Source: the human T2T-CHM13v2.0 reference genome, Homo sapiens
Length of the DNA stretch: 64,000 nucleotides
Assembly: GCF_009914755.1 (NCBI RefSeq)
Contig: NC_060940.1
Reading direction: 5' to 3' (one strand)
Positions 1 through 63,292 of this stretch are shown here, one piece after another. A program made the translations under genes and the position numbers. Under the pieces are notes generated by a model. That model saw only the letters and a list, made by a program, of their open reading frames with translations. It made no database searches and was not told the origin of the DNA. The stretch's first letter is position 1. The number at the start of each line of letters is the position of its first letter.

Positions 1-337
1 CCTTATATTAATAGTGGTAACATTTGTGGTGGTGATTCAGCGTTTCAATGCCTCTTCTCATGGCAACAACAAATGTTTTCCTTCTGAATCAACATTAACC
101 TAGATGTTACTGCGGATCAAAATTAGACTGTACATTTTCAACCACAGAAATATTGGGCAGTAAAAATTTTTCTTAATATTGATTGCCTACATAGGTTGTG
201 TAATTAGCATATGTTTATAGTTCTATGATTTGTGCGTGGCTGCTACAGAGCCAGAGGGGGTAAAGCAACAGTGTTTTCTCAGTTGTGCGAGCAGCATTAC
301 ATTATAATAAATAGGTAATATTAAACTGGGCTGATGA

Positions 338-1862
338 GAGTTGCAAAAGACTACTTTAATGTTCATATGGAACCAAAAAAGAGCCCACATTGCCAAGACA
401 ATCCTAAGCCCAAAGAACAAAGCTGGAGGCATCATGCTACCTGACTTCAAACTATACTACAAGGCTACAGTAACCAAAACAGCATGGTACTGGTACCAAA
501 ACAGACATATAGACCAATGGAACAGAACAGAGCCCTCAGAAATAATACCACACATCTACAACTATCTGATCTTTGACAAACCTGACAAAAACAAGAAATG
601 GGGAAAGGATTCCCTATTTAATAAATGGTGCTGGGAAAACTGGCTAGCCATATGTAGAAAGCTGAAACTGGATCCCTTCCTTACATCTTATACAAAAATT
701 AATTCAAGATGGATTAAAGACTTAAATGTTAGACCTAAAACCATAAAAACCCTAGAAGAAAACCTAGGCAATACCATTCAGGACATAGGCATGGGCAAGG
801 ACTTCATGTCTAAAACACCAAAAGCAATGGCAACAGAAGCCAAAACTGACAAATGGGATCTAATTAAACTAAAGAGCTGCATAGCAAAAGAAACTACCAT
901 CAGAGTGAACAGGCAACGTACAGAATGGGAGAAAACTTTTATAATCTACCCATCTGACAAAGGGCTAATATCCAGAATCTACAAAGAACTTAAACAAATT
1001 TACAAGAAAAAAATCAAACAACCCCATCAAAAAGTGGGCGAAGGATATGAACAGACACTTCTCAAAAGAAGACATTTATGCAGCCAACAGACACATGAAA
1101 AAATGCTCATCATCACTGGCCATCAGAGAAATGCAAATCAAAACCACAATGAGATATCATTTCATGCCAGTTAGAATGGCGATCATTAAAAAGTCAGGAA
1201 ACAACAGGTGCTGGAGAGGATGTGGAGAAATAGGAACACTTTTACACTGTTGGTGGGACTGTAAACTAGTTCAACCATTGTGGAAGACAGTGTGGCGACT
1301 CCTCAAGGATCTAGAACTAGAAATACCATTTGACCCAGCCATCCTATTGCTGGGTATATACCCAAAGGATTATAAATCATGCCGCTATAAAGACACATGT
1401 ACACATATGTTTATTGCGGCACTATTCACAATAGCAAAGACTTGGAACCAACCCAAATGTCCATCAATGATAGACTGGATTAAGAAAACGTGGCAATTAT
1501 ACACCATGGAATACTATGCAGCCATAAAAATGGATGAGTTCATGTCCTTTGTAGGAACATGGATGAAGCTGGAAACCATCATTCTGAGCAAACTATCGCC
1601 AGGACAGAAAATCAAACACCGCATGTTCTCACTCATAGGTGGGAATTGAACAATGAGAACACTTGGACACAGGGTGGGGAACATCACACCCTGGGGCTTG
1701 TCATGGGGTGGGGGAAGCCGGGAGAGATAGCATTAGGAGATATACCTAATGTAAATGACGAGTTCATGGGTGCAGCACACCAACGTGGCACATGTATACA
1801 TATGTAACAAACCTGCACATTGTGCACATGTACCCTAGAACTTAAAGTATAATAAAAATAAA
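338..1862 (+). mobile_element. 5'-truncated LINE-1 (primate L1PA, approx. PA4-PA7): ORF2 C-terminus, 3'UTR, poly(A)
   Basis: ORF track 341-1174 and 1047-1649 read as the L1 ORF2 C-terminus ([12 protein letters not shown]..., [18 protein letters not shown] zinc knuckle, [10 protein letters not shown] end), frameshifted. A-rich tail at ~1850-1862. 16-bp target-site duplication (TSD) taaactgggctgatga (322-337) / taaattgggctgatga (1863-1878). Confidence 0.95.
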
Positions 1863-2170
1863 TAAATTGGGCTGATGAACCATATTACAGTAATCCAATA
1901 TTTCGCTTGTAAAGTCCTGAGGTTTACAGAAGGAAATCTTTTCTAATAACAAGAAGAGTGAGGCATGTGCTTTGGTCTTTATTTCCTAGTTATACGATCC
2001 TGGGTAAGGAGCTCAACTTTTCTCTGCCAAAATTAAATGAGGATTAAATGAGATCATATATGTGAAGTTGTGAAAGACAGTGCCTGGCACATAGTAGGAT
2101 CAATCAATGTTAATATCTCTAAAATAGAGATTGAGTCTGAAGATCCACAAAGTGGTAGAACTGATCTTAA

Positions 2171-3897
<1,727 letters not shown>

Positions 3898-4200
3898 CCC
3901 CATGCCTTCTGCCTCTGTGGCTTTGCCTATTCTGGGTATTTTGTGTCAACGGACCCATGCATGGGGGTGGGCCGGGCACCTTTCAAACGTTCAGCCCCCA
4001 CGACGGCCCGTGGCCTCCGGATTGGACGGCACGAGCTGGGTGTGCGCGGGGCGCCCAACCGCTCAGGAGCTCCTGGAGGAGGCAGGTGCAGGTGCCGGCT
4101 GCTGCAGCGCTGTAGCTGCTGGAGGCTGGCGAGGCCCGGAGGCGGTGCAGGAAGCCTCCGACCACGCGGGCTCCTGATCGCGGGCGCCCACAGCGCGGAC

Positions 4201-21942
<17,742 letters not shown>

Positions 21943-21954
21943 ATATGAATTGAG

Positions 21955-22973
21955 GGCCTGGGACGGTAGGTCATGTCTGTAATCCCAGCAATTTGGAGGC
22001 TGAGGTGGGAGGATCATTTGAGCCCAGGAGTTCGAGACCAACCTGGGCAACATAGTGAGATTCTGTTAAAAAAATAAAATAAAATAAAACCAATTTTTAA
22101 AAAGAGAATAAAATATGATTGTGGGCCAGGCAGAGTGGCTCATGCCTGTAATCCCAGCAATTTGAGAAGTTGAGGCTAGAGGATCACTGGAGGACAGGAG
22201 TTTGGGACCAGCCTGTTCAACATTACAAGACATCATCCCTACAAAAATTTGAGAAAATTATCTGTACGTGATGGTGGGCACCTGTAGTCCCAACTACTTG
22301 ACAAGTGAAGGCAGGAGGATCGCCTGAGCCAGGGAGGTTATGGCTGCAGTTGGCTGACTGGGCTAATCCACTCAAGCCTGAGGGACAGAGCAAATCTTGC
22401 TTGAGAAATAAATAAAATACAATTTACTTAACATAAATTATGATTCAGGACCAGTCTGGCCAACATGGTGAAACCCCGTCTCTACTAAAAAAAAAAAAAA
22501 GATACAAAAATTAGCCGGGCATGGTGGCAGACACCTGTAACCTCAGCTACTCTGGAGGCTGAGGCAGGAGAATCGCTCGAACCCAGGGACGGATGTTGCA
22601 GTGAGCCAAGATCATGCTACTTCACTCCAGCCTGGGCATAAGAGCAAAACTCTGTCTTGAAAATAAATAAATAATTAAATTAAATTAAGTTATTATTTGA
22701 CCTGGGCTCGGTGGCTTATGCCTGTAATCTCAGCACTTCAGCCTGGCAGATCACTTGCGGTCAGGAGTTCAAGACCAGCCTGGCCAGCATGGCAAAACCC
22801 CATCTCTACTAAAAATACAAAAATTAGCTGGGCATGATGATGGGCGCCTGTAATCCCAGCTACTCCAGAGGCTGAGGTGGGAGAATCGATTGAATCCATG
22901 AGGTGGAGGTTTCATTGAACCGGGATCACACCGCTGCACTCCAGTCTGGGCGACAGAGCAAGACTCAGTCTTA

Positions 22974-23008
<35 letters not shown>

Positions 23009-23011
23009 CAA
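21955..23011 (+). mobile_element. Four tandem plus-strand Alu units ending in an (AAC)n tail
   Basis: Alu motifs at ~21955-22090, 22123-22420, 22443-22690 and 22699-22975; (aac)n 22975-23011; absent from the SULT1A2 paralog. Confidence 0.9.
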
Positions 23012-23264
23012 CTATGATTTGTGTTCAATGCAGAGTCTCTATTCCAAGCCAAGAGAAACCCTGAGCTGAAAGAGTGATCGCCCACTGGGGCCAAATACGG
23101 CCACCTCTCCGCTCCAGCTCCTCAACTTGACCTGTTTGGAGAGGGGAGAGGGTCTGGAGAAGTAAAACCCAGGAGACGAGTGGAGGGGGAATGTGTTTAA
23201 TCCCAGCACATCCTTTGCTGTCCTGCCCTGTGTCGTTGGTGGATGGCGAGTCCGCCAGGCAGCG

Positions 23265-24198
23265 TCACTTTTTCTTGGGCTCCTTACAAGCCACCACCTA
23301 CCTCTGGGCCACGCTGAGGGGAGGGGAATGCTTGAAGACACTCAAGCATAGGAGTGTCTTCAAACAGGACCAAGTAGTCATCCTGGGGCTGTGGGGCAGG
23401 CAGACAGGAGGGGCTGCTCAGAGATCCCCAGGCCATGACAGGCACCCCCTTCCCCCAGCCTAGACCACAGGAGGCTCTGGGCCGTGGACTTTCAGCCACT
23501 CCTGCCATTGTTCACTCTGGGGTCAAGAAGTCTTGGCCCAGTCCCTGCTGCTATGGAGCTCTTTTCTCAGTGGCTGGAGGCCCAGAGCAGTGAAAAAGGT
23601 GGAGAGAGGAAGAGGTGCTGACTCCTTCCCCAGTGGGGCCATAGCTAGAGGGTCTGCTGCCTTTCAGGGACTCTGTGTTCAGAGGACCGAGGGCAGCCCA
23701 GATGGTGGCAGGCAGGGATCCTGGCCTCAGGTGGCTTGTGTCCCATGTCACCAGGAGCATGAGGGGGCAGGAGCCGTGGGTTCAGGGCAGGAGCTTCCTG
23801 TCTCAGAGCTGGTTCTCCTGGGGCTGCAGAAGGGAAGCCGCTGACTTGGGGCTTGCCAAGGCTGCCAGGGCTGGCAAGGGGACGGTAGCCTTTGGGGCTG
23901 GAGTGGAAGAGGGAGGGCTGCTGGCAGGTCCCATTAGCTCGGGAGATGAGGACAAGGGGGACAGAGCAGGAAGAGGACCCCTAGCTTCTCTGATCAGCCT
24001 GTTCCTGGTGTCACCAATGACCTCTCCCCTGGAGGCTGCTTTACCCGCTGTAGGGGCGCATGGATCAGGGCACGGTAGAAGCAGGTGGTCTGGGGTTACA
24101 GGGCCAACATGAGCTGCTCCTTCTGGAACAAGGCCTTGGGGTCCATCTGGGGGTTGGCCTTCCACTGATGCCATGACTGCCAGCTCATGGTGTGTCTC
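23265..24198 (-). pseudogene. SGF29 remnant: exon 10 (23265-23388) and exon 9 (24045-24198)
   Basis: PQDDYLVLFEDT... and ...ACKEPKKK* paralogous to 35989-36105; intron 9 is colinear with 36106-36759; contains indels. Confidence 0.9.
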
Positions 24199-24232
24199 CT
24201 GGCAGGTTGTGTCAATCTGTCTGGGGACACTC

Positions 24233-25126
<894 letters not shown>

Positions 25127-25127
<1 letters not shown>

Positions 25128-25779
25128 ACAAGGCCTCGGGGTCTGTCTCGGGGTTGGCCTTCCACCGGGTCAGCGGGATGATCCGGCGCAAGCTCACGGT
25201 GTGTCTCCTGGTGGTAGAGGGGCTTGTGTCAACCTGTGGCCGGGTGGGGATGCTCCTTCCCAGCTGGTAGGCTGCCCCCAGGCTCCATGCCCTGCCCTGG
25301 CCTGGACGCTCACGCTTTGCCTTCTTCATCAATGTCATCTACCTCATACCTGTGGACAAAAGGAGGAAAATGCAGGATGCAGCCAGGGGCACAGTCCCTG
25401 TAGGGGAGTGTGGAGGACAGGGGCAGGGCGAGGACCCGGTGCTCCCTGCACAGCCGGCCCCGCCCACAGCACGCTCTGTGGAGTTTTTCTCCTGCTGTGC
25501 AGATGAGAAGCAGAGTGGCAGCCCAGGCAGGTGCAGTGACCAGAGAGCAGCCCTGGGGCTGTTGGAGGAGCCCCTGGGAGCCTCCATCTCCCGAGTGAGC
25601 CCAGCAGGACTGTGACCCGTTCGGCCAGGTGTCCTACAGGGGCTGCTGGGCTCAGCTACAGATGGGCGAGACCGCAGCATAGTGGGCGCCCAGCGGGAAG
25701 AACCAGGGAGGGACAAAGTGAGTTTGCAGGTGCTGGAGAGGCTCTCTTCTTGATGTCGGTGCTGAACCAGAAGTGTGTT
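25127..25779 (-). pseudogene. SGF29 remnant: part of exon 9 (25127-25207), exon 8 (25314-25349), intron-5 piece
   Basis: Duplicate of 12138-12790. Confidence 0.88.
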
Positions 25780-25814
25780 TAAGGAGAATTTCCTAAAATT
25801 CAAAGAGTTCCACG

Positions 25815-29277
<3,463 letters not shown>

Positions 29278-30509
29278 TGAGATCCTAGGTGAAACCTACA
29301 TCAAATACAGCGCCATGTTGCTTCTGGTTGGTCGCAGCCAGCTTGGTCCTCATCCTATTTTTCAGGGACTTATTGGCCCTTGGCACATGCAGCTATTTCA
29401 AGTTTCCTTCTTCTGGTCATGTGAAACTGCTGCCTGGGATTTTCTGTTGTCTTGCTAGCACTCTATTAATCTCACATTCTCGCCTCTTTTCTGTGCCACC
29501 CCCTGCTGGTCCGGCTGGTTTTCACTAGAGTGCAATACAAAGTCTCAGTCAAGAGGGCCTCCTGAAGGTTGCTGAGGGCAGGGGTGGAGCTAGTAGCCGG
29601 AGGACCTGCCAGTCATGGGGATTCCTCAGGGGCACAGAGGAGGGAGGAGGGGCCTGTGGCCCTAGCAGGGGAGCAGCCTCTCCACTGCCTGGAAATCCCA
29701 TGCCTCAGTTTTCCCCGCTTGCCTCTGAGCTCACGCAACCCTGGGAAGGCTTGGGAGACTCACCTTTACTCAGATGGTTGTTTACCTGTCTCGTGCCCAG
29801 CTTGACCCTGGACTTTAAATAGTGAGGACAAAGAACGAGGAGGGTGGGGGGATGCACTCCTTCCACGGGGCCCTGTGGCTTCCAAGCCTCAACCTCCTCT
29901 GGCCTCTGTCTGTGGAGCCTCCTTCAAACCCATGGAAAGAAAAGTACCTGCCAGGGGCTGTGGTTCTTCTAGGATCTTCTATCGATGTTCTGTGAGGTCC
30001 CCAGGGAGCCATGAAGCTGGGGCTGGCTCCCAGGGCAATGGGACTGCAGTGTCCTTGTTCTTTCTTGTTCTATGCATCCATGCTCTGCTCCACCCCTGCC
30101 CCTTCACTCTGCCCACACGCATCACTCCAGACTGGCCTTGTGGTCAGAGCCTGGAGTGCATGGGCTGCTGGAGGCCTGTGGGTTGCACTGGGCCAGGACC
30201 CCTGGCACCTTCAAGACTGGCCTGGAGCCAGCAGGTAGGTGACCTTTCCAGGGCCTGCCTATCCCAGCTTTCTCCTCCAATCCCTCCCCTCTCTTGCCTG
30301 GGTCAATTAGAGAAAGCTTGTCTTTTGGAGTTCAGGGGCAGGTCAGGAGCCCAGTGACAGCTCAAAAAAAAAAACCCACAAAAACAAACCCACCATTGGG
30401 CCCTTTCCCCTTTCATTCTTCTGTTTTCTACACACCAAACCCAGTCGTGGCTTTGGAGATCACTTTAAGCTTGTCTCCAGCTGGCAAACTAAGGAGGGTA
30501 ATAGAGAAG

Positions 30510-30695
30510 CTCCCCCACCCCCAACCCTACCCCTTCCTTCCGGAAGCAAATCTAAGTCCAGCCCCGGCTCCAGATCCCTCCCACACTGACCTAAGAAACC
30601 CTCAGCACAGACAACACCCCTGCATTCCCCACACAACACCCACACTCAGCCACTGCGGGCGAGGAGGGCACGAGGCCAGGTTCCCAAGAGCTCAG
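30510..30695 (+). promoter_or_regulatory. SULT1A2 proximal promoter (Ets motif 30534-30546) and non-coding first exon (donor after 30695)
   Basis: Paralogous to 17580-17767. Confidence 0.6.
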
Positions 30696-31752
30696 GTGAG
30701 TGACACACCGGAATGGCCCAGGACGCCCTCACCCTGCTCAGCTTGTGGCTCCAACATTCCAGAAGCCGAGGCCTCTGCTATCTCTGCCCTCTCCCCATGG
30801 ATATCCCATTTCAGACAACCCCGGCCGGCCTGAATCCCCCTCCCTTCCTTTTTTTTTTTTCCGGGGAGGCCAGGTCTTGCTGTCACCGAGGCTGGAGTGC
30901 TGTGGGATCCTGGCCACTGCAGCCTTGAATTCCTGGGCTCAAGTGATTCTCCTGCCTCAGTAGCTAGGACTACAGACCCTCACCATCCTGCCTGGATAGT
31001 TTTAAAAAATATTTTTAAAAGATTTTTAGAGATGGGGTCTTCCAATGCTGCCCAGATTGGTCTCCAAATTCTGGCCTCAGCCTCCCTAGGGTCTGGGATT
31101 ACAGGTGGGAGCCACCCTGCCCAGGATCCTCCTTTTGCTGAGTCATCACAGTTTTGCTCATTCCCACATCAGGCTCTGGCCCCCAATACCAGCTCAGTTG
31201 CTCAATGGGCTGTTTGTCCTGGAGCCCAGATGGACTGTGGCCGGGCAAGTGGATCACAGGCCTGGCCAGCCTAGGAGTTGCCACATGTGAGGGGCCGAGG
31301 GGCTCAAGGAGGGGAACATCGGGGAGAGGAGCCTACTGGGTGGAGGCTGGGGGTCCCAGCAGGAAATGGTGAGACAAAGGGCGCTGGCTGGCAGGAAGAC
31401 AGCACAGGAAGGTCCTAGAGGTTCCTCAGTGCAGCTGGACTCTCCTGGAGACCTTCACACACCCTGACATCTGGGCCCCGTGCCACCAGGGTGCTTTCAC
31501 TGGTCTGCACCATGGCCCAGGCCCTGGGATTTTGAACAGCTCCGCAGGTGAATGAAAGGTGAGGCCAGGCTGGGGAACCACCACATTAGAGCCCGACCTG
31601 GTTTTCAGCCCCAGCCCCGCCACTGACTGGCCTTGTGAGTGCGGGCAAGTCACTCAGCCTCCCTAGGCCTCAGTGACTTCCCTGAAAGCAAGAATTCCAC
31701 TTTCTTGCTGTTGTGATGGTGGTAAGGGAACGGGCCTGGCTCTGGCCCCTGA

Positions 31753-35735
<3,983 letters not shown>

Positions 35736-35919
35736 GTATGATTTGTGTTCAACGCAGAGTCTCTATTCCAAGCCAAGAGAAACCCTGAGCTGAAAGAGTG
35801 ATCGCCCACTGGGGCCAAATACGGCCACCTCCCCGCTCCAGCTCCTCTACTTGCCCTGTTTGGAGAGGGGAGAGGGTCTGGAGAAGTAAAACCCAGGAGA
35901 CGAGTAGAGGGGGAATGTG

Positions 35920-35925
35920 TTTAAT
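35920..35925 (-). terminator. Probable SGF29 poly(A) signal ATTAAA
   Basis: tttaat on +, about 65 nt past the SGF29 stop. Confidence 0.6.
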
Positions 35926-35988
35926 CCCAGCACGTCCTCTGCTGTCCTGCCCTGTGTCGTTGGGGGATGGCGAGTCTGCCAGGCGGCA

Positions 35989-46627
<10,639 letters not shown>

Positions 46628-46683
46628 TGTCTACAGGGGCACCTGGTGGGGGAGCGAGGACAGAAGAGAACTCTGTTAGTGGC

Positions 46684-47425
46684 TGCTGTGGGCTGAACTG
46701 TGCCCCCTCAAAAGATACATTAGGCCTGGAGGCTCATGCTGTAATCCCAGCACTTTGGGAGGCCAAGGCGGGAGGATTGCTTGAGGCCAGGAGTTCAAGA
46801 CCAGCCTGGGCAACACGGAGACCCCGTCTTTACAAAAAAATTAAAAACTTAGCCCGGCATAGTGGCACACATCTGTAGTCCCAGCTATTCGAGAAGCTAA
46901 GGTGAGTGGATCGCTAGGCCCTAGGGGGTTGAGGCTGCATGAGCTACGATCGTGCCATTGCACTCCAGCCTACATGACAGTGTGACACCCTATCCCTTTA
47001 AAAGATAGTAATAATAAAAAGATACATTGTAGTCCTAACCATGGTACCTGTAATGTCACCTTGTTTGGAATTAGGGTCTTTGGAGAAGTATTTAAGATGT
47101 CACTAAGATGAAGTCATAGTGGAATAGGGTGTGCCCTTAATCCAGACACACAGCCAGGTGCAGACAGAAGCAGCGACTGGACTTGGACAGCTGCAAGCCA
47201 GGGGATGCCAAGGACTGCCGGCAGCCACCCATCCAGCCGGGAGAGATGCGCGGAGTAACGGCCCCGTCTAAGCCTCCAAGAAGCAACAATCCCTTGTCTT
47301 TGGAACCAAGCTGACATCTTGATTTTGGAATTATGGCCCCTAGAACTGTGATGGAATAAATTTCTCTTGTCTTAAGCCACCCAGCTTGCAGTAACTTGTT
47401 ATGGCAGCCATAAGAAATGAATACA
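46684..47425 (+). mobile_element. MLT1-type (MaLR) solo LTR with an inserted Alu
   Basis: tgctgtgggctgaactgtgcccc...ttatggcagccataagaaatgaataca; 5-bp TSD gtggc on both sides. Confidence 0.85.
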
Positions 47426-47749
47426 GTGGCAAGCTATCCTTGGATTCTCCTCCACCCTATTGATATGTTTGAATGTCATATGTTCGACGAAGTCAAGGAG
47501 TCAAGGAGTGTATAATTTTTGTATATAAATACAAAAATTAATATGAAGTGCCTTAAAAAGATAGCATGCCCTTAGCCCCTGCTCTGCTGCCAATATCCTG
47601 ACAAATGATTCAAACATTTCTGGTATCCATATTTTAATCTGTAAAATGGGGATCATCTCTGCTATATTTTGGGAGATTCAAATAAGATTTTATATGAAGA
47701 CACTTTCCAAGTCATAAAACGCTGTTACTTTCTTACTATAGTGGGAAGA

Positions 47750-52300
<4,551 letters not shown>

Positions 52301-53080
52301 TGTCTTGAGTTGTGTCCTTGGAAGCACATGTTTTTAATTTTTATGAAGACCAATTTCTTTTTCTTTTAGCTGCTTGTGATATTGATCTGTGTTGTCCCAC
52401 ATGTACGACACTGTTTTTACCACCACAGCTTTACACAATGCATTGTCATATAGAGAAGAACATATCCCCTTAGAAACATTTAGAGACCTAGGAACAGAAG
52501 CTACATCTGTGTCTCAGGTGGTGGTGAAGCCAGATGGTGGATCCTGGTGCCAGTACCCCCAGGGCTTGTATACCATAGGGAAAGGGTGGTTCAGAAGGGA
52601 TGCACTGGACAACTGAAGTATGATAACATCAAGATGGTGTGACCCCATGGCAGGATTTATGGTAAGTATGTACTCTTACACAAGGAACAATAGACAAACT
52701 GGAAATCTTGGAGTCCTTTCCAGAACTGGAATTAATCAGAAGTGAACACGGTGAATTAGAATACAGGATGAAGTTGCTTTAGTCTCCCTAGTTGCATTAG
52801 TTAAAACCACACAAAAGAATAAAAGTGGAGTTTAGATCACAGATTGGAAGTGGATAAATCTGAGCATGATCAGCATGCAGGCTGTTGCTGAAGTCTTGGG
52901 AACTGATGAGGCTAGAGACTATCTGCTAAGTGAGGAAAAAGGAAAGAACCCCAGTGAGCCATAACAAAGAAAGTGAAGGTGTGGACAGAAGATGCAAGCT
53001 CAGTGGCCAGATCAGGGAAGGTGTGGCTTGGCATAGAAAGGGTTATTCTCTCCTGCTAAAGCAGGAATCCTGGCTGAAAC

Positions 53081-53679
53081 TGTTATAGGGAGTTGGACAG
53101 GCAGGAGCAGGGCAGGAGAGGGCTCTCCCCCACCCACTAGGTGCCAGGGAGAGGCCATTTCCTGACGGTCCACACTTGATGCACTGAAGTGTTAATTGAA
53201 TGCAGACACCAAGGAGACGCACCTTCCTGAGCATGCACATTAAGAGACCAAATGGCAGAGCATGGCCTCCCAGGGCACATCACCAGAACAGTGAAGAAAG
53301 CCTCAGATGGGCATCCGTACAACTTCCTACACACTGTGTATGTGCCCACCTCCCAAGGGTAAGGAGCACACTGTGCATGCAGGCAGCTCGCCGTGAGGGA
53401 AGAATCATGGGAAAAGGGCCAGCCTTGGTCCTAGAATGTCCTAGGATCAAGGTTAAACACCGCACTGGACCTCAGCACCCACGTGGGTCTCCTTCAAGTG
53501 TACTTCTCCTTTCTTTCCTGTTCCAAAGCTTCTTAATGAACTTCCACTCCTGCTCTGAAACTTGCCTCGGTCTTTTCCTGCCTTGTGCCCAAGTCGAATT
53601 CTTAACAGGCAAGAAGTGAGATTGCTGCAAACCCGTACAGATTTGCTGCTGGTAACTCAGATACCTTCCACCCGTAACA
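53081..53679 (+). mobile_element. ERV1-class solo LTR (MER50-like)
   Basis: tgtta...gagcagggcaggagaggg...gtaaca; 4-bp TSD aaac on both sides; family name from recall. Confidence 0.75.
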
Positions 53680-55125
53680 AAACCAATGGCCCGCCTTGCA
53701 CATGCCCGCACCTGAGCCCTATTAACAGCCCCACCACTGGACAGGGGGTTTTACTTTACACAGCACTGTCACAAACAGCGAGAGGTGCTGCAACCACGTG
53801 GCCAAGTCATCTGGTTAGCCTTCCCTTAGCACACTTCAAACCTCCTCTCTCCTCAATATCCTTGATACTGCCCTCAGACCCAGGCCTGGGTCCTATTAGC
53901 TGATATCTGAGGTTCCTACTTCACTCGGAAGGGAAGCCAGAGACTTTATGCCCACCATCAAAACTACAAGCTCTGTATAGCAATGCCTGTCACCTCTGCC
54001 TTCACCCTAAAGAGGGAAAAACAGTCTTCATTTGTGTTCTGAACTCCATCTCCCCTCCGACTGTCAGCGAATCCTTTCTCCTCTACCAGTGAACAAGCAT
54101 GATTGAGGAGAGTTCATCCTGAAAAAACACAAAAGAGCTTCCAAACCCCTTTAGAGGCCCCCACCTCTGTTCCTCTTCACGGCAAAACTTCTTCCCTAAA
54201 TTGTGCAGGGATCCGGTGCTGCTTCCTTGTCCCCACTTCACTTTCCAACCCACTTCTCTAGCTCTGTCCTCATCAGTCTCTCATCAAGAGAGTCAACAGC
54301 CCCTGCAGGGGAAGCGTGAGGGCCCTCTCTGCTGCTTCCGATGTGGCCTACTGATCTTGACATGATGCTACTCCCTTCTCCTCTGGCTTCAGGGCCTCCC
54401 TCCTGGCAGTTCGCCGGCCACCCACCTCCAGCTCCTCCTCTGGGCTGGAGCCTGGCTATCTCTTACACCCCCCCAGGTCCTCACCCCCACTTCCCAGCTG
54501 TGTAGTGCCATCTCCCAATCTGTACATCCGTCAAAAGAAAGTCACAGAAGGGATGATAAACAGCACCAAATGCCACAGAAGAGGACTCAGAGGGGTCTCC
54601 CAAAGCTGAGGAAGTCACTGAGGACCTTGGGGAAAACATTTTCCGTGGAAGAGACAGAAGCCAACACACAGGAGGGGGAGGCAAATGCAGGAAGCAAATG
54701 TAGGTTACTCTGTCTGGGAGTACAGCTGGGAGGCCAGCGAGCAAGAAGGGGTATGGGGGGTGCTGAATGGAGGAAAGTGACACGGAGGAATGTGAACACG
54801 TGGCTGGGGGGAGTTTCATGCTGAGAAGCCAGGGACAGAAGAGGGGGCTGTGTGAGAGGAGGCAGGCGCAGCGAGAGACAGGCTCTAGCACTGGATCATA
54901 CCCAGCGACACCTCCCCGGCTCAGCTGACATTCCTTCTGGCCTGTTCCCTCTACACTGTCTCAGACACACGATCTTGCTGCCTGCCCACTCCTACCTGCA
55001 AAGCCCTTTCCCTTCTGGCTCAAGGCTGCGCTTGCCTGACCAGTCCTAAAGAAGCACACTTTTCTCTTGCTTGATTCTTCCTAGAACTGACATGGACTCT
55101 GCAACACGCCTTTAGAAACTGGCCT

Positions 55126-60378
<5,253 letters not shown>

Positions 60379-60734
60379 AAAACTATGAGCAATATGTTTC
60401 TGTTGTTTACAAATATCCAGCCTAAGGTATTTTGTTACAGCAACCCAAATGAACTAAGATACTCACTCACTGGTTGAACATCTCTATCCAGAAAAGACCC
60501 CAAATTACTATGCTCAACATGGATATTTCTTACACACTTCTACTTCTCTATGGCTAGAAATTTTCCATAATAAAAATAATATTTAAAAAATCATACTGAA
60601 GTTAAAGCCTTAAAAAAATAATATTTTTAAAAGTCAAGAAAATGAAAAGAAAATCAGTGTGTCCAGAAAATATTCTAAAATTGGATTATGGTAATGATTT
60701 TATAATTGAATGTACTTTAAAAGCCAATTAACTG

Positions 60735-62243
<1,509 letters not shown>

Positions 62244-62354
62244 TCAGCCCACCCTCAGCTCCCAGGGAGCTCCTGGCAGCTCCTGGACCTTTCTGCTGCA
62301 CTGCACACCTGCTTACATACTGCACCTCAAAGCTCCACTCTCTAGATTTCCAGG

Positions 62355-62874
62355 TGTGATGGTTAATCCTAGGTAACAACTGGTCTGGATTGAGGGATGC
62401 CTAGACGGCTGGTGAAGCGCTGTTCCTGGGTGTGTCTGTGAGGGTGTTGCCAGAAGAGGCTGACATTTGTCAGTGGACTAGGAGAGGAAGACCCATCCTC
62501 CATATGGGTGGGCACCGTCCAGTTGGCTGCCAGCATGGCTGGCACAAAGCAGGCGGAAGAAGGGGGACCAGCAGCTTGCTGAGTCCGCGTGCTGGCTCTG
62601 TTCTGTGTCACGCCGGACACTTGGCCTCCTCTCCCCTTGCCCTTGGACATCAGACTCCAGGTTCTTTGGCCTTTAGACTCTGAGACTTACACCTCTCAGG
62701 GGCTCTCAGGCCTTAGGCCTCAGACTGACAGCTGCACTGCTGGCTTCCCTGGTTTTAAGGCTGGCAGACTTGGACTGAATTATGCTACCAGCTTCTCTCT
62801 TTCCTCAGCTTGCTGATGGCCTATCATGGGATTTCACCTTGTAATCGTGAGGCAATTCTCCCTAATAAACTCAT

Positions 62875-62925
<51 letters not shown>

Positions 62926-63292
62926 CATATATATACATATATACATATATATGTATATATATACATATATATACATATATACATATATATGTATATATAT
63001 ATACATATATATGTATATATATATACATATATATACATATATATACATATATATACATATATGCATATATATACGTATATATACACATATATACGTATAT
63101 ATATGCATATATGTATATATATACACATATATATGTGTATATATACACATATATATGTGTATATATATACGTATATATATATACGTATATATATATACGT
63201 ATATATATATACATATATATATACATATATATATACACACACATATATATATACACACACAGAGTTCTGTCCCTCTGGAGAACGCTAACACA
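62355..63292 (+). mobile_element. MLT2 (ERVL) solo LTR, MLT2A/B-like
   Basis: tgtgatggttaat...ttctgtccctctggagaacgctaacaca; 5-bp TSD ccagg (62350-62354, 63293-63297). Confidence 0.88.
62873..63261. repeat. ~390-bp alternating purine-pyrimidine repeat, (TG)n then (TA/CA/TG/CG) patchwork
   Basis: Directly visible inside the MLT2 LTR. Confidence 0.95.

Noticed and set aside
341-1649. 277-aa and 200-aa ORFs as a gene
   Set aside because: Frameshifted ORF2 end of a 5'-truncated L1 with no promoter or ORF1
52389-53070. Possible ERV/LTR fragment
   Set aside because: Could not assign termini or a family by eye
62355-62400. DUX4-responsive MLT2 promoter
   Set aside because: The expected TGATTGGATTG-like motif reads tggtctggattg here; too degenerate to claim
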